Shown here: piece after piece, positions 34,391 to 42,809 of the stretch
Layout of the letters: each line of letters starts with the position of its first letter
How positions within the stretch are numbered: position 1 is the first letter of the stretch
Source of the DNA: Thermoanaerobaculia bacterium
GTDB lineage: Bacteria > Acidobacteriota > Thermoanaerobaculia > UBA5066 > Gp7-AA6
DNA length: 64,000 nt
Reading direction: 5' to 3'
NCBI GenBank assembly: GCA_036395755.1
Contig: DASWCZ010000079.1
Location: 6,363-70,362, forward strand
Notes under the pieces: generated by a model
Told to the model about the DNA's origin: nothing
Database searches by the model: none
What the model saw: the letters and a program-made list of their open reading frames with translations, nothing else
Program-made: the position numbers and the translations under genes

Positions 34391-34475
34391 ACATGGTATT
34401 GAAGCGGACTCGCCGGCCTCGCATTCGCTCGGGCCCAGGTTTTGCTCGCTCGGCCTGGCGCGGAACGTCCGTCTC
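34391..34475 (+). repeat. Copy 2 of the direct repeat flanking the frameshifted secreted-protein gene
   Basis: See copy 1. Confidence 0.5.
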
Positions 34476-34609
34476 GACTGGAGACTTCTATGGGCAGGAT
34501 CACTCGTCGCGACTTCGTAAGTATTAGTGCCGCGGGCGGGCTCATAGCTCTTGGATCTGATCCGGCACGCTTTGACCGCCGGCGGGATGAAAGCAAAGGA
34601 GGAAGACCG

Positions 34610-34942
34610 ATGCCGTTCTATCTGACCCGGTTCAGTTACACGCCAGCGACTTGGGCGAAGCTCATCAAGAACCCCGAAGACCGCCGAGCGGCAGCCAGGC
34701 AGTACATCGAGGCGGTCGGCGGAAAGCTGCACGGTTTCTGGTATGCCTTAGGCGATCACGACGGATACAATTTGTGGGAGGCTCCGGATAACGTCTCGAT
34801 AGCAGCCACGACGATCGCGATCAACGCCGGCGGAGCGCTGAGCTCCCTCCAGACGACTGCCTTGCTGACCGTCGAGGAGACGCTCGCAGCCCTGAAGAAA
34901 GCCTCATCGATCAAGTATCGGCCACCGGGAGAAAAGGGATAG
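34610..34942 (+). CDS. GYD-domain protein (110 aa from the ATG with strong RBS AAAGGAGG). An in-frame upstream extension from TTG 34442 / ATG 34490 encodes a Tat-type signal (RRDFVSISAAGGLIALGS).
   Basis: MPFYLTRFSYTPATWAKLIKNPEDRRAAARQYIEAVGGKLHGFWYALGDHDGYNLWEAPDNVSIAA matches the GYD family. Confidence 0.55.
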   Translation: MPFYLTRFSYTPATWAKLIKNPEDRRAAARQYIEAVGGKLHGFWYALGDHDGYNLWEAPDNVSIAATTIAINAGGALSSLQTTALLTVEETLAALKKASSIKYRPPGEKG

Positions 34943-35158
34943 CAGCACTCCCCGCTCGAATCGGTCTTGGTCTATCAACGCTCGGCGCCTGACCAGGAGT
35001 TGTGGGTTCGGCGCCGCGCTTCGCCAGGCGACCGTTGGCCGTCGATGGTGAGGTGCCCTACCCGAGACCCGGTGCCTCGACAGACTTCGACCATCCCGAC
35101 CGAGGGGAGAACAGCGCCGTCTGAGGTTGCGAGGCGCCTTCGGTGATAATCCGGCGCC

Positions 35159-35953
35159 ATGGATCTCGGAATCGCCGGCCGCGTGGCGATGGTCGCGGCA
35201 GCGAGCAAGGGCATCGGGCGAGGGGTCGCGACGGCGCTCCTCGGCGAAGGATGCCGCGTGTCGATCTGCGCGCGGACGGCGGAGCAGCTCGAGTCGGCGC
35301 GGGAGGAAATGGCCGCGGCGGCGCCGATCACGGAAGTCCTGGGCGTTCCGTGCGACGTGACCAAGGAGGAAGAGCTCGCCGCCTGGCACCGCGTGACCGT
35401 GTCCCGGTTCGGCCCGGTCGAGATCCTCGTCACGAACACGGGAGGACCGCCCGCCGCGCGATTCCTGGACCTGACGGAAGCCCAGTGGCGCGAGGGGATC
35501 GAAGGGGTGCTCTTCAACGTCGTGCGCCTCTGCCGGCTCGTCCTTCCGGAGATGCGCAAGCGCCGCTGGGGCCGGATCGTGCACCTGACCTCGCTCGCCG
35601 CGAAGCAGCCGATCGAGCTCCTGACCGTGTCGAGCACCCTGCGCGCCGGCCTCTCCGCGCTCACCAAGACGATGTCCAACGAGTTCGCGGGCGAAGGCGT
35701 CCTCGTCAACGCGGTCATGCCCGGGCACATCCTGACGGACCGCCAGGTCGAATTGAACGAAATCCGCTCCCGCGAGGAGGGAATCTCCGCCGACGACTAC
35801 ACTCGACGGCTCGCTGCGGCGATCCCGCTCCACCGCCATGGCCGGCCGGAAGAGATCGGCGACGTCGTCGCCTTTCTCGCGAGCGAGCGGGCGAGTTACG
35901 TCACGGGCGCCACCCTGCAGGTGGACGGCGGAGTCATTCAGAGCACGTTCTGA
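35159..35953 (+). CDS. Short-chain dehydrogenase/reductase (SDR) family oxidoreductase
   Basis: [12 protein letters not shown] cofactor motif; 264 aa. Confidence 0.8.
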   Translation: MDLGIAGRVAMVAAASKGIGRGVATALLGEGCRVSICARTAEQLESAREEMAAAAPITEVLGVPCDVTKEEELAAWHRVTVSRFGPVEILVTNTGGPPAARFLDLTEAQWREGIEGVLFNVVRLCRLVLPEMRKRRWGRIVHLTSLAAKQPIELLTVSSTLRAGLSALTKTMSNEFAGEGVLVNAVMPGHILTDRQVELNEIRSREEGISADDYTRRLAAAIPLHRHGRPEEIGDVVAFLASERASYVTGATLQVDGGVIQSTF

Positions 35954-35966
35954 CGAGAGGAAGCCG

Positions 35967-36362
35967 ATGAAACTCAAGCTGAAGGTCGTCACGCCCACCC
36001 GCACCGTGGTCGATTCCGAGGCCGACTTTGTCGAGATGCCCGGCGAGCTCGGTTACCTGGGCATCCTGCCAGGACACACTCCGCTCATCACGGTCGTCAA
36101 GACGGGCGTCCTCTCCTTCAAGAGTGACGGTTCCGAGCGCGCCCTTGCGATTACGGCGGGCTTCGCGGAGGTCTCGAACGACGTCGTGACCGTTCTCGCG
36201 GACTCGGCCGACCAACCGTCCGAGGTCGACGTCGCGGCGGCGGAGCGGGAGCGCGCGCAGGCGGAGGAGGAATTGAAGACGGCGGGCCGGGAAACGCTCG
36301 AGCAGATCCGATCGAAGCTCGAGCTGGCCGAGGCGAGGCTCGCGGTGGCGAAGCGGAGCTGA
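35967..36362 (+). CDS. atpC: F-type ATP synthase subunit epsilon
   Basis: MKLKLKVVTPTRTVVDSEADFVEMPGELGYLGILPGHTPLIT; RBS GAGGAAG; separated from atpD by a 2.5 kb insertion. Confidence 0.85.
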   Translation: MKLKLKVVTPTRTVVDSEADFVEMPGELGYLGILPGHTPLITVVKTGVLSFKSDGSERALAITAGFAEVSNDVVTVLADSADQPSEVDVAAAERERAQAEEELKTAGRETLEQIRSKLELAEARLAVAKRS

Positions 36363-36364
36363 CT

Positions 36365-38098
36365 TCAGAAGACCGATGCCATCGAAACGGCGGGCACGAA
36401 GCCGGACGGTGACGGTCGGCTCCAACCCGGTCCGCGAAGCGCTCGGCCCGGCGTCCTGCCGGTCAGCTTTCCTCCGTCCACGACGAGCACGCCGTTGACG
36501 GCGACGAAGCGGAACCCTTCGCTGTAGCGGTTCGGGGCCTCGAACGTCGCGACGTCGCTGACCGTCCGGGGATCGAAGACCGCCAGGTCCGCGGGGAAGC
36601 CCTCCTTGACGAGACCGCGGTCGGAGAGCCCCGCGGCCTCCGCCGCAAACGACGTCATCTTCCGGATGGCCTCTTCCAGCCGCAGAATTTTCTCGTCGCG
36701 GACGTAGTGCCCGAGGATCCGCGCCGCCGAGCCCCAGCCCCGCGGGTGCGATCCCTCGTGCGAGAAAGGCCCGTCGGTCGCCTTCGCGGGCGAGTCGGTT
36801 CCGAAGGAGACGAGCGGGTGGGCGAGAGCGGCCCGGACGTCCTTCTCGTCCATGATCGAGATGATGCAGGACACGTTGGCGCGATCAGCGAGGACGAGGT
36901 CGATGAGCGCGTCGCGCGGGTCTTTTTTTTCTTCGTCGGCGATTTTCGCGATCGTCTTGCCTTCGTAAGCCTTGAGCTTGTCGGAGAGGACCGATCCGAC
37001 CATGACGCCTTCCGGACCGCCGGAGCCCAGGTACTGGTTCTCCCAGTCGGTCGTGTCGCGCGCCATGTCCTCGCGGGCGCGCTCGCGCGTCGCCGGGTCG
37101 GAGAGGCGTTTCAGGAGGGCCTCGCGTCCGCCCTCGCGGACCCAGGGGGGGAGGCAGGCGTCCAGGCCGTTGGACGCGCGGTTGTACGGGTACTGGTTCG
37201 CACTGACGTCGAGACCCTCCGTGCGCGCCGCCTCGATCTTCTTCAAGACCTCGGGCATCCGCCCCCAGTTCGGCTTGTAGGCGGTTTTCAGATGCCAGAT
37301 CTGTGTTCGCACCTTCGCGTTGCGCGCGATCGAGAAGACCTCCTCGAGCGAGGAGTCGATGCGAGAAGACTCCGACCGCTGGTGCGTGAAATAGGCGCCG
37401 CCGTGGCGCGCGGCGACTTTCGAGAGCGCCGTGAGCTCCTCGGTCGTCGAGTAGATGTTGGGAATGTACTGGAGCGATGACGAGACGCCGAGCGCGCCCT
37501 CGCGCATCGCCTGTTCCAGCAGCGACTGCATCGAGGCGATCTCGGTCGACGTCGCCGCGCGCCTCTCTTTGCCGATGACGTAACTCCGAAGCCCTCCGGA
37601 ACCGATGAACGTTCCGAGGTTGATCGCGGTGCCGCGCCTCTCCAGCGTCTTGAAGTAGCCGTCCAGGGTCCGCCAGTCCGGCCACACGCCGTATTTCTTG
37701 TAGGTGTCACGCTCCTCGTCGATCAGCCCCTGGTTGAGCGGCGCGATCGACACGCCTTCGCCCGTCACTTCGGTCGTGATCCCCTGCGTCACTTTCGACG
37801 CGGCCCGTCCGTCGACGAGGACGTTGTACTCGGACTGTCCCAGGAGATCGATGAACCCGGGCGCGACGATAAGACCGCGCGCGTCGATCCGCCGTTTCGC
37901 CGGGCGCTTCCCGAGCGGTCCGATCGCGACGATCCGACCGTCGCGGACCGCTACGTCCGCGACGAACCAGGGCGCGCCGGTTCCGTCCACGACGCGGCCA
38001 CCCTCGAAGACGAGGTCGTCGATCGCCGGAGCGCGCGGTGCGAAAAGCGCGATGGACGGCAAAGCCAGGAGGGCTCCGACCGCGATGAGCTTCTTCAT
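36365..38098 (-). CDS. Secreted amidohydrolase of the D-aminoacylase / N-acyl-D-amino-acid deacylase family
   Basis: Signal peptide MKKLIAVGALLALPSIALFA; GGRVVDGTGAPWF..DVAVRDGRIVAIG..IDARGLIVAPGFID. Confidence 0.7.
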   Translation of the reverse strand: MKKLIAVGALLALPSIALFAPRAPAIDDLVFEGGRVVDGTGAPWFVADVAVRDGRIVAIGPLGKRPAKRRIDARGLIVAPGFIDLLGQSEYNVLVDGRAASKVTQGITTEVTGEGVSIAPLNQGLIDEERDTYKKYGVWPDWRTLDGYFKTLERRGTAINLGTFIGSGGLRSYVIGKERRAATSTEIASMQSLLEQAMREGALGVSSSLQYIPNIYSTTEELTALSKVAARHGGAYFTHQRSESSRIDSSLEEVFSIARNAKVRTQIWHLKTAYKPNWGRMPEVLKKIEAARTEGLDVSANQYPYNRASNGLDACLPPWVREGGREALLKRLSDPATRERAREDMARDTTDWENQYLGSGGPEGVMVGSVLSDKLKAYEGKTIAKIADEEKKDPRDALIDLVLADRANVSCIISIMDEKDVRAALAHPLVSFGTDSPAKATDGPFSHEGSHPRGWGSAARILGHYVRDEKILRLEEAIRKMTSFAAEAAGLSDRGLVKEGFPADLAVFDPRTVSDVATFEAPNRYSEGFRFVAVNGVLVVDGGKLTGRTPGRALRGPGWSRPSPSGFVPAVSMASVF

Positions 38099-38123
38099 GG
38101 CTTCAAGTCTATGATCGCCGCCG

Positions 38124-39191
38124 ATGCAGTCCGACGCGGTTTCGCCAGGCGCCGGCGCGCGGGCGGTGGACCTCCTCGAGCGGCTGGTCGAGATCCCGTC
38201 GGTGACCGGCGCCGAGAAGCCGCTGCTCTCGTTTCTGGAAGAGCGTTACCGGGGATCGGGCTGGACCGTCGAGTCCATGGAGGTCGGTCCCGACCGGCGC
38301 AACCTCTTCATCCACCGCGGGCACCCGAGCGTCGTCCTGACGACGCACGCGGACACGGTGCCTCCGTTCTTTCCGCCGCGCCAGGAGGCGAATTCCTTGA
38401 TCGGCCGCGGAGCCTGCGACGCGAAGGCGAGCCTCGCCGCGCAGGCGATTGCCTTGGAAGAGCTGGCGCGGGACCGAGGGGGCGAGGTCGGGCTCCTCGT
38501 GCTCGTCGGAGAGGAGCGCGGTTCCGACGGCGCGCTCGCGGCCAACCGGCGCCCGCATCTCGCTCGATATTTGATCGGCGGCGAGCCGACCGGCAGCCGC
38601 TTCGTCACCGGTTCGAAAGGCTGCCTGCGGATCGAGGTCGAAGCGCGCGGCGTGTCGGGGCACTCGTCGATTCCGGAGAGCGGCCGCTCCGCGGTCGATC
38701 CGCTGCTCGACTTTCTGAACGACCTGCGCGAGCTGAAGCTGCCGGAGCATCCGGCGTTCGGGCGGACGACGATGAACATCGGCCTGATCCAGGCCGGCAC
38801 CGCGCCGAACGTCATCGCGGAGAGCGCGCGCGCCGAAGTCATTTTCCGCACGGGACAGCCGATCGAGATGCTGCTCGCGCACATCCGCCCGATGGCGCAG
38901 GGCCGGGTCGGGCTCGCCGTCGGCTACCGCTCGGATCCCGTTTCGTTCCGTCGCCCGAAGGGGGAGCCGGGTGACGTCGTCTCCTTCGCCTGCGACCTGC
39001 CGCTCCTGCCGGCGTGGGGCGAGCCAATCCTCTTCGGGCCCGGCTCGATCCGCGACGCGCACGGTGCGGAGGAAAAAGTGGAGCTCGCGGAGGTCGAGGC
39101 GGCGGTCGCGGTCTACGCCCGGCTCGTGCGGGGCCTTCTGGCGCGCGGCGACGCGTGCCTGGAACCCCGGAACACCGGGACCGTCCGATAG
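38124..39191 (+). CDS. M20-family metallopeptidase (ArgE/DapE/CPG2-like)
   Basis: LLERLVEIPSVTGAEKP, HADTV, GACDAKAS, GEERGSDG motifs. Confidence 0.75.
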   Translation: MQSDAVSPGAGARAVDLLERLVEIPSVTGAEKPLLSFLEERYRGSGWTVESMEVGPDRRNLFIHRGHPSVVLTTHADTVPPFFPPRQEANSLIGRGACDAKASLAAQAIALEELARDRGGEVGLLVLVGEERGSDGALAANRRPHLARYLIGGEPTGSRFVTGSKGCLRIEVEARGVSGHSSIPESGRSAVDPLLDFLNDLRELKLPEHPAFGRTTMNIGLIQAGTAPNVIAESARAEVIFRTGQPIEMLLAHIRPMAQGRVGLAVGYRSDPVSFRRPKGEPGDVVSFACDLPLLPAWGEPILFGPGSIRDAHGAEEKVELAEVEAAVAVYARLVRGLLARGDACLEPRNTGTVR

Positions 39192-39202
39192 CGGGAAATA
39201 GA

Positions 39203-40591
39203 ATGCCCGCGGTGAAGGTGCGTTTCGCGCTCGTCCCTCTGATGACCCTGTCCCTGCTCGTGCCGGGGCGCGCGGCCGGCCAGGAGGAGAAAAAGCTCGC
39301 GGTTCCCTACACCGAGTTCACCCTCCCGAACGGCCTCGACGTGATCCTCCACGAGGACCACAAGGTTCCGCTCGTCGCGGTCAGCGCCTGGTACCACGTC
39401 GGCTCCGCGCGCGAGAAGCCGGGTCGAACCGGGTTCGCCCACCTCTTCGAGCACATCATGTTCGAAGGGTCGGGGCACGTGGCCGAAGGGAATTTCGACA
39501 ACTGGCTCGAGTCCGCCGGCGGCGACAACAACGGCTCGACGGACAACGACCGGACGAACTACTGGGAAACGGTCCCCTCCAACGCGCTCGAGCTGGCGCT
39601 CTTCCTCGAGTCCGACCGGATGGGCTACCTGCTCGATTCGTTGAATCTCGAGAAAGTCAACGTGCAACGCGACGTGGTCAAGAACGAGCGCCGGCAGTCG
39701 TATGAGAACCGTCCATACGGAATGGCGTTCCTGAAGCTGCCCGAAGAGCTCTTCCCTCCCAACCACCCGTACCACTGGCCGGTGATCGGCTCGATGGAAG
39801 ACCTGACCGCGGCGAGCTACGAGGACGTGGTCCAGTTCTTCAAGAGCTGGTACCGGCCGAACAACACGAGCCTCGTCGTCGCGGGGGACATCGATCCCGC
39901 CGACGCGCGGCGGAAGGTCGAAAAGTGGTTCTCCGACGTTCCCCGGGGGGCGGCCGTGCCGCCGATCGCCGCGCCGCCCGCGGTCCTGACTTCGGAGAAG
40001 CGGCTGACGCTCGAGGACCGGGTCCAGCTGCCGCGTCTGTATCTCGCGTGGCTCTCCCCCCAGCTCTTCGCGCCCGGCGACGAAGCGATGAACGTCCTTT
40101 CACGCGTGCTCGCGTCCGGCAAGAACTCCCGGCTCTACAAGAGGCTCGTCTACGACCTCCAGATCGCCCAGGACGTGTCGGCGAGCCAGAACTCCGGTCC
40201 TCTCGGTTCCTCTTTCCTTCTGATCGTCACGGCCCGCGAAGGCCACGGTCTCTCCGAGATCGAGAAAGTGGTCTCCGAGGAGCTCGCGAGAGTGAAGCGG
40301 GACCCGCCTACGCCCCGCGAGCTCGAACGCGCCGTCAACCAGATCGAGGCCGCGTTCTACGGCGGGATGGAGCGCGTGGGCGGATTCGGAGGGGTTGCGG
40401 ATCAGCTGAACGCGTACGAGTTTTACGCGGGCCGGCCGGATTACTTCGCGGAGGATCTCGCGCGTTACACGTCTCTCGACACCCAGGACATCCAGGCGGC
40501 CGCAAACCGCTATCTGCGGGACGACGCGCGCCTCGTCCTCTCGGTCGTGCCGCAGGGGAAGAAGACCCTGGCCGCGGAAAAGAAGCCATGA
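39203..40591 (+). CDS. Secreted M16-family zinc peptidase (pitrilysin-like, active subunit with HxxEH)
   Basis: Signal peptide; GFAHLFEHIMFEGS inverted zincin motif. Confidence 0.8.
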   Translation: MPAVKVRFALVPLMTLSLLVPGRAAGQEEKKLAVPYTEFTLPNGLDVILHEDHKVPLVAVSAWYHVGSAREKPGRTGFAHLFEHIMFEGSGHVAEGNFDNWLESAGGDNNGSTDNDRTNYWETVPSNALELALFLESDRMGYLLDSLNLEKVNVQRDVVKNERRQSYENRPYGMAFLKLPEELFPPNHPYHWPVIGSMEDLTAASYEDVVQFFKSWYRPNNTSLVVAGDIDPADARRKVEKWFSDVPRGAAVPPIAAPPAVLTSEKRLTLEDRVQLPRLYLAWLSPQLFAPGDEAMNVLSRVLASGKNSRLYKRLVYDLQIAQDVSASQNSGPLGSSFLLIVTAREGHGLSEIEKVVSEELARVKRDPPTPRELERAVNQIEAAFYGGMERVGGFGGVADQLNAYEFYAGRPDYFAEDLARYTSLDTQDIQAAANRYLRDDARLVLSVVPQGKKTLAAEKKP

Positions 40592-42048
40592 GACGGGCGG
40601 ACGTCCCCGTCGCATTGCTCCTCCTCATTCTCGCCCTGCCCGCGTCCGGGCAGACTCCGTCGCCCGGAAAGCCCGATCGTTCGAAACCACCGGCGCTCGG
40701 ACCCGTTCGGCCGTTGAAGCTTCCGCCCGTCCAGGAGCTCCATCTTTCGAACGGCGTGCCCGTGTTCTTAATCGAGCGGCACGAGGTGCCGGTCGTGCAG
40801 GTCGACACGGTCGTCCGCGCGGGGGCGGGAAACGACCCGCTCGAGAAGCCCGGCCTCGCGAGCCTGACCGCCGACATGCTGGATGAAGGCGCCGCAGGCA
40901 AAAGCGCGCTCGAGATCTCCGACGAAGTCGACTACCTCGGCGCGGACCTGGCGTCGGAGGCGGGCTGGGACGCGACCGTCGTCGCACTCCAGGTTCCGGT
41001 CAAGCGCGTCGAGAAGGCTCTTCCGATCCTCGCCGACGTGGTGGTACATCCGACGTTCCCCGCAGGCGAGATCGAACGCGTGCGGACGGACCGCCTGACC
41101 GAGCTCCTCCAGTGGCGCGACGAGCCGCGGGCCATCGCGTCCGTCGCGTTCGCCCGCGCCCTGTACGGCCGCAAGCACCGCTATGGAACTGCGACCCTCG
41201 GGACCGAATCTTCGGTGCGCGGGTTCTCGCGCGCGGACCTAGCCGCTTTCCATTCGCAGGCCTTCCGGCCGGACAACGCCGCGATCGTCGTCGTGGGCGA
41301 CGTGACCGCCGCTTCGATCCAGCCCCGGCTCGAGAAGGCTTTCGGCGGCTGGAAATCCGCCGGCAACCGGGCCGCGGCCGAGGTCCCGGCGGCGCCGCAG
41401 ATTCCCGGGCGGGAGATCTGGATCATCGACCGGCCCGGATCGGCGCAATCCGAGATCCGCATCGGACGGATCGGGCCGCCGCGCTCGACGCCCGACTACT
41501 TTGCTCTGACGGTCATGAACACGATTCTCGGCGGCTCCTTCACTTCCCGGCTGATGCAGAACCTGCGCGAGCAGCACGGCTACGCGTATGGGGCGCGATC
41601 ATCGTTCGACTACCGTCTGTCGACCGGGCCGTTCGTGGCCGCGGCCGCCGTCCAGACCGACAAGACCGCTCCGGCGGTGACCGAGTTCTTCAAGGAGCTC
41701 GATGCGATTCGTAAGACGATCACGGACGCCGAGGTCGCGAAAGCGAAAAACTACGTTGCCCTGTCGTTCCCGTCCGAGGTGGAGACGACGGGCGACCTCG
41801 CTTCCCGGCTCGCGCAGCAGTTCATCTACCGCCTGCCCAACGACTGGCTCGAGACGTACGTCGCTCGGATCGCCGCCGTCACCGTCGCGGACGTGCGTCG
41901 CGTGGCGAGCCAGTACCTGGATCCAGAGAAGGTCGCGGTCGTCGTGGTCGGAGACCGGAGCAAGATCGAAGGGGAATTGAAAACGCTGAACCTGGGTCCG
42001 GTGAAGACGCTGTCGGTCGACGAGCTCTTCGCGGCCGAGAAGAAGTAG
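40588..42048 (+). CDS. Secreted M16-family peptidase partner subunit (no HxxEH)
   Basis: Signal peptide MRRADVPVALLLLILALPASG; M16 fold without the zinc motif; ATGA overlap with the upstream gene. Confidence 0.75.
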   Translation: MRRADVPVALLLLILALPASGQTPSPGKPDRSKPPALGPVRPLKLPPVQELHLSNGVPVFLIERHEVPVVQVDTVVRAGAGNDPLEKPGLASLTADMLDEGAAGKSALEISDEVDYLGADLASEAGWDATVVALQVPVKRVEKALPILADVVVHPTFPAGEIERVRTDRLTELLQWRDEPRAIASVAFARALYGRKHRYGTATLGTESSVRGFSRADLAAFHSQAFRPDNAAIVVVGDVTAASIQPRLEKAFGGWKSAGNRAAAEVPAAPQIPGREIWIIDRPGSAQSEIRIGRIGPPRSTPDYFALTVMNTILGGSFTSRLMQNLREQHGYAYGARSSFDYRLSTGPFVAAAAVQTDKTAPAVTEFFKELDAIRKTITDAEVAKAKNYVALSFPSEVETTGDLASRLAQQFIYRLPNDWLETYVARIAAVTVADVRRVASQYLDPEKVAVVVVGDRSKIEGELKTLNLGPVKTLSVDELFAAEKK

Positions 42049-42057
42049 CTTCGGCCG

Positions 42058-42723
42058 ATGGCGAAACCGATCGTCCGGAAACTGCTTCTTGGCGTTCTCG
42101 CCGTCATTGTCCTTCTCGTCGCCGCCTTCGTCTGGAGAATCGGGCCGAGAAACGTCTTCGGGATGCTCCGGTACGACCAGCGCCGCGAAGGGAACCTCGC
42201 GGTCGGCCATGCCGCTCCCGACGTCTCGCTCTATTCGCTCGACGGCCGAACCCGCGTGCGACTCGCGGACGAGATCGGCGTGAAGCCTCTGGTGATCATT
42301 TTCGGCAGCTACACCTGACCGCCGTTCCGGCGCTCGGTCGAGCGCGTCCAAAAAGCGTACCGGCAGTATCGGGACCGCGCCCGTTTTCTGACCGTCTACA
42401 TCAAGGAGGCGCACCCGGAAGACGAGTGGCAGATGGATTCGAACGAGAAGGAGAGCGTCTGTTACCCGCAGCCGCGCACGCTCTCGCAGCGGGTCGCGAT
42501 CGCCAACGACTTCGTGAAGCGCTTCCACTACGAAATCCCGATTGCCGTCGACGACATGGACAATCGGGCGAATCAGCTCTATGCCGGCTGGCCGGAGCGC
42601 TTCTACATCGTCGACGAGAGCGGAAAGATCGTCTTCAAGGGCAAGCCCGGACCGTTCGGGTACCACCCCGAAGAGGTGGAGTCGTGGCTCGCAAAGAGAT
42701 TTCCTCCTCCGACCGGTAGCTGA
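42058..42723 (+). CDS. Selenocysteine-containing iodothyronine-deiodinase-like (thioredoxin-fold) protein, membrane-anchored by an N-terminal TM helix; Sec encoded by in-frame TGA 42316-42318
   Basis: Track ORFs 42058..42318 and 42433..42723 are in the same frame. The joined sequence reads VIIFGSYT-U-PPFRRSVERVQKAYRQYRDRARFLTVYIKEAHPEDEW, matching the deiodinase active-site motif FGS(C/A)TUPPF and the downstream YI(D/E)EAHxxDGW region. Confidence 0.65.
42330..42345 (+). promoter_or_regulatory. SECIS-like hairpin GCGCUC-GGUC-GAGCGC; the GGUC apical loop begins 17 nt after the UGA (E. coli fdhF: 18 nt, same GGUC loop)
   Basis: Read directly; a smaller hairpin CGCCG-UUC-CGGCG sits immediately 5' of it. 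Confidence 0.5.
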
Positions 42724-42809
42724 TCGAATCGGCGACCGACGAACCGCGCTGCACAACTCACTGTGCATTCGCGAGGGCAACACCAGATTTTAGACAGCAA
42801 TTCGATGAG

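Noticed and set aside
42316-42318. TGA read as a genuine stop, making 42058..42318 and 42433..42723 two separate small genes
   Set aside because: Both pieces are in one frame with no other stop between. The TGA falls exactly at the U of the deiodinase FGSxT-U-PPF motif and the downstream AHPxDxW region continues in frame. A GGUC-loop hairpin sits at the SECIS distance. The second piece would also lack an RBS or start context of its own.
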